A DNA stretch of 55,514 bases, filler included, from Platydemus manokwari (lineage: Eukaryota): NCBI GenBank assembly GCA_037951405.1. It is 5 parts of 5 records of this genome, joined end to end, with 100 filler letters (N's around TTAATTAATTAA, not from the genome) between each part and the next. Parts side by side here need not be neighbours in the genome. Positions count along the whole stretch, not along the records: positions 1 to 10,094 come from JBBMOY011170323.1; positions 10,195 to 21,201 come from JBBMOY010984417.1; 3 more parts are not named here. One strand, given 5' to 3'. Below, piece after piece: positions 1 to 15,049 of the stretch (position 1 is its first letter; each line of letters opens with the position of its first letter). A program made the translations under genes and the position numbers. The notes under the pieces were generated by a model that searched no databases, was not told the origin of the DNA, and saw nothing but the letters and a program-made list of their open reading frames with translations.

Positions 1-1368
1 AATTAACTTATTACTATTCTTAATCGGTTTTAGAATAAATGAAACCAAAATAGAATAAATATATTTTGCTTTCCTCATGTGTAACATTCATGAGTTTTTG
101 ATATTTTTCGATTTTCAGATCAAATATTATCAAAGTTTTTGTCGATTAATTTAAATCTGTTGAGTTGTTTTGTTCTTTGAGTATTCTTATAATTCTTTTG
201 TTGATTTATTTTATTATTAAGCTGATGAAATCTAAACTACTTTTAAAAGCAATAGTATTTTACCTGAAACATAACTTCAGGTAATAAATATTCTGAAAGA
301 TGAAGGAATATTTTATGATCGTTATTATTTGATTCCTTAATACTTCGTTTTTATTTTTAGAAAGGACTAAATATTTTTGTGAATCTGGTAATTAAACAAA
401 TATAATGAAATACAATGTTGTTGAAGTCAAACTAAAAGTTAAACAAAAAGATGACCTCTAATGACCCAGTAATACTCTTGTAATATGCATACGTGCCTAG
501 CCAACCATTTCAAAAATAACAACAAAATCAGTATGTTTTCATACATACATACACATAACTACATACTTGGAAGCGGCTTACTGAAGTCTAATAATTTTAA
601 ACTACCAATCAAAAATTATATGAAAATTACTAAAACCGAATGAGGAAAATCTATATCCTTAAATTTTACAAGTACTAAAGGAGCTGGTGTCAAAGAAATT
701 TTGCCATATTGGTCAACTTTCTTGTTCATGTCAGTCATGTATTGAACGTGCGTGAATGGTTTTTCATGTTTTTTCGTGACTAATCGCAGTTCTTATTATC
801 CATTATCATTTAGATACGCTTTTAATACGTTAACAAAAAAGAGTATTGGAGCAAATAATACTTTGATAAATATAAATAATAATTAATAATAAAAATTAAA
901 AATCTATAAAAATTAAGAATTTTTGTTGTCCAAAAGTAGAGTCATTTTTTCAAACTGTTGAAAACGTAACTTAAAAACAAAAATTATCTCATACTAAATA
1001 GTAAAACACTTGTTAACAAAAATAAATATATAGACAAAAATAGTAATATGTGTTGTTAAATAGAGCACATCTATCAAAAATATATGTCTAAAAATAGTAA
1101 CAAAGGTCTGTAATTCCAAGTCATATTAGAACATACATGCAAGTCAGCCAATTGAACAAAAACGTTCTCACACTTTAAATTTATTATTGAATTTTAGAAA
1201 ATTGATATTATTCTGGAATTTTACTCTCATTATGCTTGTCATTTATTCATTTGGATTCTTAGTTAAGTATCGACTATGCTTTGAATTGAATTAACTACAG
1301 TTAATAATTATTCTTGAGAAACACTTGTTTAAATTGGTTTACGACAGATAAAATAACATGCAACGCAT

Positions 1369-2377
1369 TGTTGGGTACAAAAATAACCTAAAATAATGAT
1401 ATTAAAACATTAAAATAAAATTTCAATTTTCCAAGATTTCCAAGACCTTCCAAAAATAGTAACTACAAATATAAACATAAATATAAATTCTAAAAATAGA
1501 AACGATTAATTAATCAATATATAAGTTGAATAATAATAGTATTCGTAACTAAAAAAATAAATTAAAAAATACCAAAATAGATAAAATACCCAATAAATTA
1601 AAAGAGATAAAAACATCAGTGTAAAATACAAGAATGATGCATAAAAAACGCCTATTATTAGTTTATTCAGAAATCAGCCCGTAATTTATTGCTTACTAGG
1701 CACAATATTAACTGATTTGGAAAGCAGCCCATTACTATTTTAAGCTCAGAAATTATTCTGTACAACTTATTGATTTAGTTGCACTTGAGATAAAATAGAC
1801 ACAACATAATATTCTACCAAGAAAAATCCACACAGAAGTTATTGTATTAATTACGCGGAATTATAGATAGGGAAATTACATTTGCATATAATCGTCCCAC
1901 CTGAAGCAGCAAAACAAAACGAACGAAACGAGACATTAAAGAAGTATTCCGCAACGCAACTTAAAAGTAAAATTCATCTAATCATTATTCTAAGAAATTT
2001 ATAATGCATTGTATTATGATTACCGTTGTTATCGTCAGTGTCTTGGGCCCCGCACAACCAATATTTAATTAAACTCTAAAACTTCTCAAAGTAATCTTCA
2101 ACTTTCTGTGTAGTTGCCGGACTATTAGGTCCCAACTATCCTCAGTAAATTTTAGGGCTTTGCAGCTCTCCACACAAGAGACTTGTAATATTACAACAAG
2201 AACAATTGCAGATAATTAATTGGATAATAACTAATATTCCTTGTCATTTGTTAATCAATATTTACCAATTAAATATTTTACATTTTATTTTAGAACTACT
2301 ATAAATTGTCTTAGTTTATTTATTTATATTTAAATTTATTTTCTTCGTTTTAATGCACTGCCTTCTGGAGTCAGGCA
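1369..2377. mobile_element. ~1-kb non-coding interspersed element (copy 1), solo-LTR-like or foldback-like
   Basis: Shares TGTTGGGTAC...TGGAGTCAGGCA termini and length with 15508-16481. TG...CA ends; the exact right boundary is uncertain. Confidence 0.55.
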
Positions 2378-3298
2378 CATAGGAGCATATAATTATTAAA
2401 ATAAAACCATCTGAAGTTTGGAGCTAATGAGAACCAAACAGTATTAAGAAATTATTTTTTTCTGTTCATTGTTTTTTCTTAAAATGGCAAACAACACTGA
2501 GACTATTCTTTATATTTTAATTTTCGCGCTTCATCTCCTGGATGTCTTTTGCGAGTAATTTATTAATTACTTTCGATTTCTATCTTACTGCCGAAATTAG
2601 TATTAATTTTTAATAATGACCTTAATTATAAAAACATTTCCATTAATAATTGATTGTTTCTAATTATATCGATTATCTATTATTTCTTTAATATTTATAT
2701 CAACAATAATTTTATTATAAAACATGTGTTCATTATTTATTCATTATTTATGATATCTTAATTATTGTGAACTTGGTGAACAATCTTCTATTTACACATT
2801 TGTTTAGATTTACAGTTTCGTTCAAATTTTCGTTAAAGTTCATAATTATTATTTCACGTTGGGTTTAATTTTTTGTTATAAATTGTTCAAAATTACTACT
2901 TCTCACTTGGTGGTTTGGTAATTTCATTGATATTGAAGTTGTTTTTGATTCTGACTAAAATAAAAATCATAGGATTTATAATTAATATTGATTTATCGTG
3001 TGGGAAGTAATGACGATTATATAATATCATGGATTTATAAATCTGAAAAAAAAATGATGAGTTCAAAAATAAACAATTAAGATAAAGCCATTAAGAATAA
3101 GAGCTAAAGTAAAGAATAAACAAATAAATGCAACTTAATAAAAAGTAATATTAATCAGAAATATAATTATATAAACTAAAATTAAAAAAATTTTAAACAA
3201 AATGAAATTATATTACTATTAATTACGAGGCACTGAAAATAAAATATTTTATAGTTAAAATAAATATTAATAGAGCAAATATTGAATTTGTGGATAGT

Positions 3299-3409
3299 AA
3301 TAGCAATTATCGACTATATCCGGTAATTGGAATAAATAAATGGGAATTCAAAAATAATGATAGCAATTACCGACTGAGTCCGACAATTGGAAGAAATAAA
3401 TGGGTTCAT
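3299..3409 (+). repeat. Two-copy 60-bp tandem duplication
   Basis: TAGCAATTA.CGACT...TCCG..AATTGGAA.AAATAAATGGG at 3301 and 3361. Confidence 0.85.
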
Positions 3410-6400
3410 GCTATAGTAAGTATGAACAACAAGATGCACACAGAAGGGATGTACATAGCGAAAATAAGTATATAAATAAATATATAAGTATATAACTCCT
3501 TATTTTTACCCATTCAACAAGAAAACTTCGAAAGTAAGATGCTATTTGTTGTTTTAGTGGCTTGCCATGCAACAAGTGTATTGTTTTCGTATTAGCAGCG
3601 CGCAAATCGGTATAATAATAAAGAATTATTGTGTAATATTAAGCAGGAATAGATTCTGAGCTGAGGTATTCAGCTGAAGTGTCGGGACTTAGTCCCAGTC
3701 TTATTAGGATAACTTTATAGGGGCTTGTGTTCTCTCAGTGTTAATTTTGCGTAGTAAATTGTTGTAAAAATATAACTTAATCAGAAAGTTGTTTTTACTT
3801 AGTGTGCACCGGATTTTGAATAAGAGCCAGATTAGGAGAATAAGACCAAGTCGTTAAGTTAGAGTAGTGCTAAACTTAGCAAAAATATTAAACCTTTTAT
3901 TTAATAGAAAAAATTAAAATTGTATTTTTTTGAAAGGGAATTTACGTATTAAATCATAATAAAATCAATTGATAAATAGACTTGAAATATGTCAAGAAAC
4001 AGAGCCAAACATTCAAATCATTCATTAAAACCAATTACAGTTCACAGTTAAAGATTTAAAACAATTTCATCATTTGGGTTTTCCATTTTATGTTGTTTAA
4101 ATTTGATAAATAAATGAATCCATTAAAAAAATTCACGCAATCGCACAACACTCGTTCCCAAACACGATTCCATTAGTCGACTGATATACGATAATAATTC
4201 TGGAAACTAATATTCCCAGCTTTCACTGTATAGATCATCGAATGCACTTTCCATTTCTAATTGTCAATCAAAACATTATTTAGTCACTTTTAAATAAATT
4301 TCAGTAATGATATTTCAATCTTTGACTTCGTGCCTTACTAATAATTTTAATTGATTATAATTCAGGAATCATTTATTTTATCTCATATATTTTATATTCC
4401 AAGCAATTTTCGATAAATGTCTATAGTATACTTAGACGTATTCAGATACAGCCAAACTTATTCAAGATAAAACCCATTATGTCAATTTTTCTTAAATTCT
4501 TATTTAAAAATAATATGGACACTCTGTTGAGTAGGACGTAGTCTTAGAATAGAAAAATGGATTTACATCTTTCTGATTTTTTCCATTTAATCAAAATTAA
4601 TTGATATACTTAAGTGCATCTTATAATAGTTCTTAAAGACCTTTACAGTTCAATGAGTTCAAAGCTCATAGCATTATGCATCGAGAGAGAAAAAATAATT
4701 AAATGTAGTTCATTTCAAGTGCTTTTTGTGATTGAGCGTGCTATCTAAATCACGCTGCTTTAATGCAAACCTGTACATTTTTCAACTAATCTTTAAAAAT
4801 TTTAGGGTCATCCAAAACCTTGTACACCAATGATAACAACCAACTGGAAACTTTTATTGATCAAAATGTTAGAAACAAAGGAGTTTTACTTGACTTTTAT
4901 AAAAACCAATTTTTTTATTTTATCTACTAACATATTAACTCTGAAAAATATATTTAAGCAATATTTAGAAAATTTGTTACTTAGCTTATCTTCTTTAGAA
5001 ATTGTATATGTTCCATTATCAAACATTTCCCGGAAAGTCCAGTTTCTTCACAATTATAAACATTTCTATCTTTCGTATTCCTTCAACTTTGATTTATACA
5101 ATTCCTTAAAATTAAGAACAAATCCTTCATCCATATTTATGATTATTCAATAATTCTTTTAGGCGATATCACGTGTCTTGAAACAAAAGAATTAAATTTT
5201 ATGCTTTAAAATTATGATTTCGAAAGTCCTCTCACAATTTTAACGCTTTCTGTTGCATTATATTACTACTGATACTAATATTTCTTGTTCTCTGGATCTC
5301 GAATCCTCTCAGCATCAACTTCCCGACTACTGCGTAAATGTAGTTTCGTTTTTTATTAAATTTTTAAATTTGCTCATTGTTCTAAATTATTAACAATGTT
5401 TTTATTGGAAAATCGATTTTTAAAAGGATTCCTATAGTTTTGATAGGTTTCGACTGAAATGATTTTGTGCTCATATTGAATTGGTTTGATTGTATTATTT
5501 TACTCATAAACTTGAACTATTTATGTGTATTCTTCAGTATTTTCTCTTTGATAAATATTTAGACACCATCCTATCACTTATGTCGATTTCCGCCGAATAT
5601 CGAAAATATATAGGATAATAATAAATTGTTCAATCAATCGATTCTGCACCCTTGGACTAATTAAAATTTATTATCAGAACTTTTTGTAAATAAGTGATTA
5701 ACCTTCAAATGGACTGACTCCAAATTGAACAAAAAGATTCCTGTCGATTAATGGGTGATATGAATAAAAATAATGTTTAAATTAAAGATGTCCGAAAAAT
5801 ATGATAATGCATTAGGATGTATTCTTGGTTAATTAAAATTTAAAATTTGATTTTAAAGATATACAATGATATTTTATTGCGGAAAGTGATTGGATAGATC
5901 TGTTAAATTCCCACTCGTTTCGGGTAGTACTAAAATTATCAAATAAATCATTCATCATTTATTCCAACAATAAATCTTCAAATCAATTCTGAGGTTAAAT
6001 AACCCCTGGGAAATACAAATCAAAACCCATCATCAATCTTTATTCCGAAAATCAATTCAATTCATCAGAAAAATCAATGATTTTTTAATTATAAACAATA
6101 ATTTGATTTAAAACATTAACAGCGAATTGGGTTTTAATATTTTGATGTTTAGAATAAATGTATAACCCGATAATTTTGACATCAACATCTGAATATTTTA
6201 TCTTTTTATATCATGTCTTTTGAATTCATAAATGTATTGTATCAGAGAAACTAGAGTCAAGGATTTAAGGGAATAATAGTAGAAATTAATAAAATATTAC
6301 AACCAAATAAGAATAAGAGTAATAAATAATATAAACAGGCAAAATAATAATAAATAATAAACTTGGGGAAAAAAAGAATTTTAATAAAAAGATTAAGACA

Positions 6401-7037
6401 AATTAATAAAAACGAAAAATAATAAACTTTTGATAATGATTAGTAATAAAAATACAAGCTAAGATCTATGAAAAATGAGAAAATAATATTCAAGCCGTAA
6501 TTAGACAGAAAATTTCCTTTGAGTTTAAGAAATAATATTAATAATAAATGAATTTAGTAAATTAAAGAATCACCTGAAACATCAATTTAACCTACGAAAA
6601 ATAGAGGTATAAATACGGAATAATCAAGTAAATCCACTACAATTTATTGGTTATTATTGTATTCGGAATTGCTTCCTTTTCGGATTTTGAATATTTGCCT
6701 TTTTTATTGTTGCTAAAATTATTGCCGCTTCTTCTCCTTTCGCGTTGGATTTCCAAATATCTATTTGAGTAGTATGTTGTGTGTCGCGTGAAAAGTTCTA
6801 TTATTTTTTACTGCTAAATCATTTAGCCTTCTAAAATATATTTTATTAAACATCAATAAGTAAATAGGGTTTTTCGAATGTTCGAGTTCATATGTTTTTA
6901 ACATATATTGAGACTCGTAACTATCGTGACTATTAATTAAATCGTATTTAGTATTCAAATAAAATCGACTAACTCATACTCAATCCGATTATCACTCAGC
7001 TGCACTTAATGATATATCAATTTAAAATCCTTTAGAT

Positions 7038-7403
7038 CAGTAGTTCTCAATCCCAGGATCGTGAGCCAAAATGGGATAGGCAAGCATTTTTATAGGGGTC
7101 GCCGAATTATGGAAGGTGTACTAACCATTACATGTGAAATATCGTGTTTTAAGATGCTGTTAAATAACTAGTTTGTGATGCTGATTAAACTACTTCTGTT
7201 CACAGTTACCTTGACTATTACAGTTAAGTATTTCATAGGTAATGTTATTACCATTACTTGTTGTAAATCAATGAAATGTTGTAAATTGGTTTTATTAAAT
7301 ATGGTGAGTTATGACTTATTTTTAGTAATATTGATTTTCTTTGGGGTCGTCAAGATTCTAAAAATTGGAAAATGGATCGCCATAAAAAAAGCTTGAGAAC
7401 CTA
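7038..7403. mobile_element. hAT-family (Charlie-like) non-autonomous element
   Basis: Termini CAGTAGTTCTCAA...TTGAGAACC with subterminal GGGGTCG/GGATCG motifs typical of hAT MITEs. Confidence 0.65.
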
Positions 7404-10094
7404 TTTTGGTAACCTATCGATCAATCCTTGATTCTGGAGTCCCCAAAGAGCCTGCTTGCAATAAAATAAATCACAACTTATTCAATTGACCCTCAGATTT
7501 ACCAATATATAATCTGCAACTTTCGACGTCCGGATACGGTTTTCAAAAAGAAAGTCGGGAACAATCAATTATGAACTCTATAATTTTTAATAACCACAAG
7601 ATTAAAATTTATTCATGGGTCAAATCTTTATTTCACCAAATAAAATTTTATTAGTGATTCCTTCTGTTGATAAAATATTTACTACAGCGATTTTATTAAA
7701 TAAAATCTTTCTGAATAAGCGAAAGGATGGAACAGATGTTTACTCTCTTGTCGTTTCAGTTTATTGAAATTTCTGTGGATATAAAATTTGTGCAAATGAA
7801 TGAGCAGGCCATTGGTTGTCATTGCGAATTTTAAATGAGTCAGAGTGATTCAAATTAGTGTAAAGACTTGTTATTGCGTTTGTTAAACTTGATACATTTA
7901 AACAAGCTGGAAATTGAAAGAATGAAGCAGCTTAAATTTTGATGTTCATTTATTTTTGAATGTTTGTTTCATTTTTCTTGAATTTTAAAAATTATTTTTA
8001 GTTTTATATCTTGATACTTTTTTCAAGTTTTTATATGGTACATTTTTGAATTTCTAATTTGCAATTTTTGTTTTTCATTTTTATTTATCTATTTTATTAT
8101 TTATATTTTAGTTTAATCGAGATATCTAGTTGCTCACATACAATTCTCCGGTGATTTTTAGCATGAAGCTAATAAATTATAAAATGAATTGTATTTTACA
8201 CTTCATTCAAATGTATTAAAATAAACTCGGTTGTGACACCACATTCTTAATGTTTATTTATTTTGGAGTGTGTATTAAAATTATGCTTCAAGTTTTATTT
8301 TTCCATTCAATTCCGTACATAATTTTATGTATTGTCTTGTTAATTGGTAGACTTTGTAATTCTCTATATGTTTATTTTGTGTTGATTGAAATTATGTAAC
8401 TGCATTATATCTGAAATTTATCATGTCATATCAGTTACAGAATTAGTACTATTTACGTCATTATCATTTATAACTTTAAACATTAACCAATATTTATGAC
8501 TAATTTATTTTTATTATTTTTTCTTTATTAATTACTGAACTTAATTTCTTGTTCCTTTCCGTACCTGGGATATCATCACATTGGTTATATTAATTTAAAA
8601 AAATAATTAAAAACCTATAAAGATATCTAATAAAATAAGAACATATTATTATGCGGTCATTTTCTCGATTTAAAAGGAGAGCAACTATTCTCACATTGCT
8701 GTTTCGATGAAAACCCATTCAAAATATTTAATGATGACCGGAACTTTGGAATTGTTTTAAAAAATTCATTTAATCATGTTCTCTATGAACGGTTTTTTTG
8801 CAAACATATCTTGATGACATCCCAATTGTATAACAGAGAGGAAATCAAAAGAATCGTTGAGGAAAAACGAAAATGAGAAAGTGGAAATAACAAAATGAAA
8901 TTTAAAAATTGGTAAAGGAGGAAGAGAGTAAAGATCGAGAAATATAAAAAATATCTACATCAAGCTATGGAAAGAACCATGAAAGAAGTTATCGATTCGG
9001 GGTTAAAATTGTACAGTGATGAAAAGAAGTGTAATGAAAATAAGATATTTTATAAAACATTGGATATGAGGATTATTTAAAAGAATAATTTTTTAATATG
9101 CGAGATTGTAAAAATTCTAAACGTCTTTAAAATCTAATTTATTTAAATTAATCAGATTTTTAATTTGAGATTTTTAATTATTCTGATTGAGATTCACATT
9201 GTTTGATCATATTATTTTAATTCGTGAAAACTTGATTAAGTTAGTTTGAATATTCGTGTAAGAATTTTCTATTGATATTTGTGGATAAACAACATTTTGG
9301 ATTTGAACCGTTAATAAATTAGAAGCAAAAAAAATTTAATATTTCATCGATAATGGCATTTGAAAGTGTGAAATAAAGCAAATTTTTTTTACAGTAAATC
9401 ATTAACAAAAGTAAATCACTAACAAGCTCTGATTATTTTCAATTTGTATGTAAATGAAAATATATATATAATCACATTAAATAATTAAAAACACTGTTCA
9501 GTGGTAAACAAGCATTATGGATTGTCAAATATATGCTTAGTTTATATCGAAAATAGTATATAAGGTCTGAGATCATAAATAACTCGTGGTTAGCACTTGT
9601 TTCAACTTAATCATTTTAAATTTTAAATCATTTCAATTTTCATTGATTCCAATGCAGTTTGTTTTTAACTTTTGGTGCCTTTATACTTTTTCAAAATTTT
9701 TCTATTATTATGTATATCCTACAAACAATGTAGCACTTTAAAAAATATGCAATAATTTAATTTAAAAGAATCGATAAAAAAGGGGTAGAAATTTATAATA
9801 ACATGGTTCGGCACTAGAATGGAAAACCATTCATAAACTCTGAACGCCTTTAACAATTATTCATGATATTTTAAATTTCTAGATGCTGTGTGATTATTTG
9901 ATGTAATATAAGCTAATACAATTACAAGTATTTATAATCACGATTTGTTGCTAAAACATTTGTGATGGAGGGATTTATAAAATGATTTGTAAAAGAACAA
10001 ATAAATAGATGAAAATTAAATATTGGGTCTATAACTTAATAACCGGAATTTGACACCAGATGTAAACACTTGTGTGTGTGCTGTAGCAAATCAT

Positions 10095-10194
10095 NNNNNN
10101 NNNNNNNNNNNNNNNNNNNNNNNNNNNNNNNNNNNNNNTTAATTAATTAANNNNNNNNNNNNNNNNNNNNNNNNNNNNNNNNNNNNNNNNNNNN
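10095..10194. other. Artificial contig linker
   Basis: N44-TTAATTAATTAA-N44, which gives stops in all six frames. Confidence 0.97.
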
Positions 10195-13100
10195 TAAATT
10201 TATTCATTGAAATACAAATTTTAACTCATTTTTGTAAAAGCCGGAATCATACTAATACACCTAATATAAAAATTTTATTAGCACAAGTACTACCTAGTTG
10301 TCGCCTATATAACATTGGACATGTTTCATAAAAAATAATTATAGGATGCATTCCATTTCTAGATAAATTTTTTATTGTTAATCATCAGTATGAAAAATGA
10401 ATAATATTAAATCGGAAATGAAAAATAGGATTATGTCAGCATGTTAATAATAAAATTCAAATAGAAATCAATTCAAATGGAAATCAATACAAATGGAAAT
10501 CAACCCCTCTTGTCAGACAATGAAGACACGCATTCTCGATCATATGGATTTTTTCAGTGAAAATTTTTTCAAGTGTTAAATTTGGTCCAAAGCCAGATTT
10601 GTTCTAGAAATCAAGAAAAATAAAACAAACCTGAAATTAAAAAACGAATAAGCTTTAAAGAAAATACATCTATAATTGATGCAACATTTACAAATGATTT
10701 TGATTTTTTAGAAAATTGGGAAACAAAGATGTCGGAAATACATACGAAATTAAGTCGTTTAGCTAACAAAATCGAACCAAAAGATGAGTCATATAATCTA
10801 ATGGTTATCAATAAAAACTGCATTAAAGAAACCATAGTTAGACAGACATCAGAACTAAACACCAAACGAAATGATAGAAATTAAGAATAATAAATGCAAT
10901 GAGATAGAAGACTAAACAACAGTGATTGTAAGGCAATATATACCTAGATATATGACTTTTGAAAATGTAAACAAGCACCTTATAACTGAGCTAATTTTCG
11001 GGCATGTTAAGACGTGAAATATTGTGTGTCAATGCTTTATTAGTAAATGATTTTTGAAAATCTTGAACTGTTACTCGAAAGAAGGTGATAAATGTCACAT
11101 TCAATTTTACTGTTATCTTATCGATTAATGTCAGAGGTTCTAAATTTAAAATCAACTATTTTAAAATTACGCAATCTATCATCAGCACAAAAGTTAATAT
11201 TGATAATTGACTTCGACAAGAAAACTCAGCATTATTCGATTCAATCGATATTAAAACAATATGCGATATCATTGCATTAAAAAAATATAAAATTATCACA
11301 ATTTTCATTGTAAATGTAATGTCATCAACTTATTGAATTTTCGCAATGTTTGATTTTTATATTTTCACTGATGAATCGATTATTTTAAATTGATTAAAGA
11401 ACATATAACTATTGATGTTATTTTAACTTATAGCAACTTATCTTATTTACGAGTGAAGTTACGGATTTTAAAACTTTTTCATTTATTTGATATGTAATTT
11501 CATATGAATCTGCTACCCCAACACAGCTGACTTCCATTCTTTTATCACTATTCCAAATCTGTACGGATCCGTTTTTATAACTTAATATAACTATTTATTG
11601 GGCATACACCCCACACACACCCCATGCATGTACATAGCAAATATCCCTACATATAGAATACATAGAATACATTAGCGCATAACACATAAATATCCATACA
11701 TATATAATACCCTAATATCCCTACATATATAGTACCCTACATATATAATAAGTTACGAAAAGCTCAAATATAATCCAAAAATATACACATTGACCCCGAG
11801 TGTGGACTGCCCCGCTGCCGACAAATCAAACCAACAGCCAACAATATTCGGCAATGATGAAAGCTCGAAACCAAGAATATCCAAATGAATTAACAATAAA
11901 CTTTTTATTAGATGTGATTGATAACAATAAATGCTTTATTGATAATCTTTTTGTTCAACGTGATAAATAAGCATTTGTGTCTTGAATGTTGTTTTAATTT
12001 TTCAGTTTATTATTTGTGTTTTATTATTATTATTTTTTGGATAGAATGTTAAAATCTGGAGGCGAGGGAGGTGAAAGGTGTGGAGAGAGATAAATAAACA
12101 ATAAATAATATAATTAAATGGACAATAAATAATATAATTGAATGGACAATAAATAATGTTGAGTAAAATAATTAATAAATTAATAACAAAGCGATAATAA
12201 ATAATAACAAGGAAGATAATGAGAGTAATAATAAATATAATAAATTAGGGAAAGTTAGAGAAAGAAAGGCTAATATCAGAAAGTTGATTATAACAAATAA
12301 TAAAAGTAAATAATAAGATAAAATTCATTAGTTATTCACTCGAATCACGATTCAAAAGCGTGTGAAAAAATGGTGAACATTGATGTGAAAAATCGGCATG
12401 AGGAGCCGTGTGAAAAATAGACATGGCCAACGTATATAAATAATGGCGTTGGTCATAAGATACCACCCACAAAAACAATCAATAAGTTGATTAGCTCTGC
12501 GCAGTCTACGGTGATTTCAAGTTGGTCTAATAACTTTGTAAATTAGCTTGAGTATTTAACTATTCTTAAAGATAATTTCAACTTAACGGAGTGGAGTTTG
12601 CACAGATTGAATTTTTTACGGAATAATTTTCTCAGCAACAGTAAGAGTTGTTTTGATTTCATTCATTCACTAATCACGTTCGTTTGCTTAATATTCTACT
12701 TAATCATAAATAGTTAATGTCATTGATGTCACTATTATAATTAATTTTATTAATTTTGTAAAACCGATTGTTAAATAAATAAAAAATAAAATCGTAAGTC
12801 GTAAGAATTCACATTCGTAAGAAGAAACATTAAAAGTTTCATTTCTATAGTCAACATATTATTACAAAATTATAAAGTTACATAATTAAAATCTTATAAT
12901 GAGTGATAAATTACATAACTATAGTTTAGTTTAGATAACAGGGCATTAAAATATCATTTCAACACTTACTACAAAAAAGTAGTTATTGTATTGAACTATT
13001 CTGGACTACATTCATAAATATTGATGTTGAAGTGTTTTGAATTTAAAATGCATTGTATGCAAAAAGAAATTATTTTATTATCGCTACAATAAAAGCCATT

Positions 13101-15049
13101 ACAAGCTAAAACAAGGCCATAGAATAGAAATAAAAATACATTGGACAAATGCAGTTATTAAAGATAAAGTTAAAAATGCGAAGATTCTGGGGGATAAAAT
13201 TTGAAAAGAATTAGAAAGAAAAGTTCTATTGTACTAATCGAATAATAATCTATATTGATGAGTTTTTTGCTAAGAGTGTTGCAGACTCTGGTAAATCTAT
13301 TAAGACTCTTCAACCAAGTATGAGAATCTGAGGTAGTAATTCTTATCTCAATGAGACTAGACTGGCAATGGTTAATTCAGCAGACAACCGAAAATACTAT
13401 TTTTAAAATATATTTATATTTACTATGACTGTTACTAGTGACTAAGCTGCGAAAATTAATGTTGTTACCAGAAGCCATGAACGCGAAATGTTTTTGAAGT
13501 CGCTATTGAAGTATAAGAGACCTTGAACTTTAATGTTCGAAAATATGACAGTTAAGACCCAAATGAAGCTACTCGATAGATCCAGAATATGGAAGATAGT
13601 TTATTAATCAACAACATATATTAGTGCTTTTGATTTATTATTATAGGAGGAAACGTGGATCGTATGAAGGAATTTCAGAAATAAAGCAACTAAGTGAGAA
13701 GACGCAAGGTTGTTCGTTGACACCTTAACAAGAAAAGTCATAGATTTATTTGTTGAATTAGCAAGAGTTCAACAAATGAAAATGAGAGATTCAATACATT
13801 CGAGATTATAGTTCAAAAACATATTGAATAAGTTATGGAATCCATGTAAGATATTGATTTTAATATTTTTTGGAACAATAATCAATACAATAATAATATA
13901 CAATAATAATAATAATAATGTAATGTAATATATAATACACATTCAGCTCACGTATGCTGCCCAAACACCCCAGCCTACATAGGGAATTTTAATAATTTAA
14001 TTAATAAAAGTAATAAATCACATCACGGCGATAAATTAATAGCGTTGCCAAGGCAACGCCCTTGGTAAATATCAGATAAATTAATGAAATTGCCAGGACA
14101 ACGGCAAAAAAATTTCAAAAAAGCTTAATTGCTTCCACACACGCCAAAGGGGGAAACAATATACAAAGGAAAACAAAATTTATAACAAAGTTATTATTCA
14201 TCGAATTTTTCGGATTATAAATCAACTCTCTCGGATATCGTTATTCCAATTGCTTACGGAATCACAATCGTATCAATCGAATTGCCTGCGGAATTAAATT
14301 ATATTAATTGTTTCACGGGATTGGTTCTCACTAATCAAATTGCTTAACGAGATCAATCTTCCTTCGACTTAGTGGGAGTACAGACATTCACCATATTAAC
14401 CGATACAAAAGGAACCTCCTCGAAGACAATCATGATGAACGCTGTAATTTGGATTATTTCCGACATTGGAAGAGTATAAAGCCGCAAGGTTTTGTACTCG
14501 GTGCCACATTTAAGCCAACTTGTGATCCTCTATACAACGGTGAAAGCATTTGTATAACAGTATCGTTACGCTGCAAAGCAGCAAAGGTTTGTAGCCACTA
14601 AACTTTTAGCAACTAAAATCGTATCTTCCTTAGTTTTTCGTCCGAAGTAAAGCGGCACTTAGTTCCTTAGGTCGGTTTGTTTTCAAACTCTTCAGGGCAT
14701 AACAATTTCAAACTTGGATAGACTACTATGATATCGGAAAGTTGAAAAGCATAATGATGGATTATTTAAAATCCACGAAGCTTGATGTTTTCAATGCTAA
14801 ACCCAACACGATTTTACCAAAACTGAGAAAGCAAAAGCAAGAAGCTTAGCACAAATCCAGAGTAAATTAGATATCATCTTGAAAATTAGTGAAGAGCTGG
14901 TGAAATACCATGAAATATGAAAAATTATTAAAACTCTTTCATAGCAATTAGAGTATGATACAAATTTTATTCCACGAAGTTCTTACACAAAAGTTGAAGA
15001 ATACATATAAAGTAAAATAATTATATGCAAGTGATAGAAAAGCAGAACG

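Noticed and set aside
3290-3475. 61-aa ORF with an internal repeat
   Set aside because: GTG start, and the peptide repeat simply reflects a 60-bp DNA duplication.
4100-5150. Possible decayed non-LTR RT region (LKLRTN-like peptide)
   Set aside because: Too degraded to support a call.
8650-9060. Open plus-strand stretch without an in-frame start
   Set aside because: No motif or clear splice signals.
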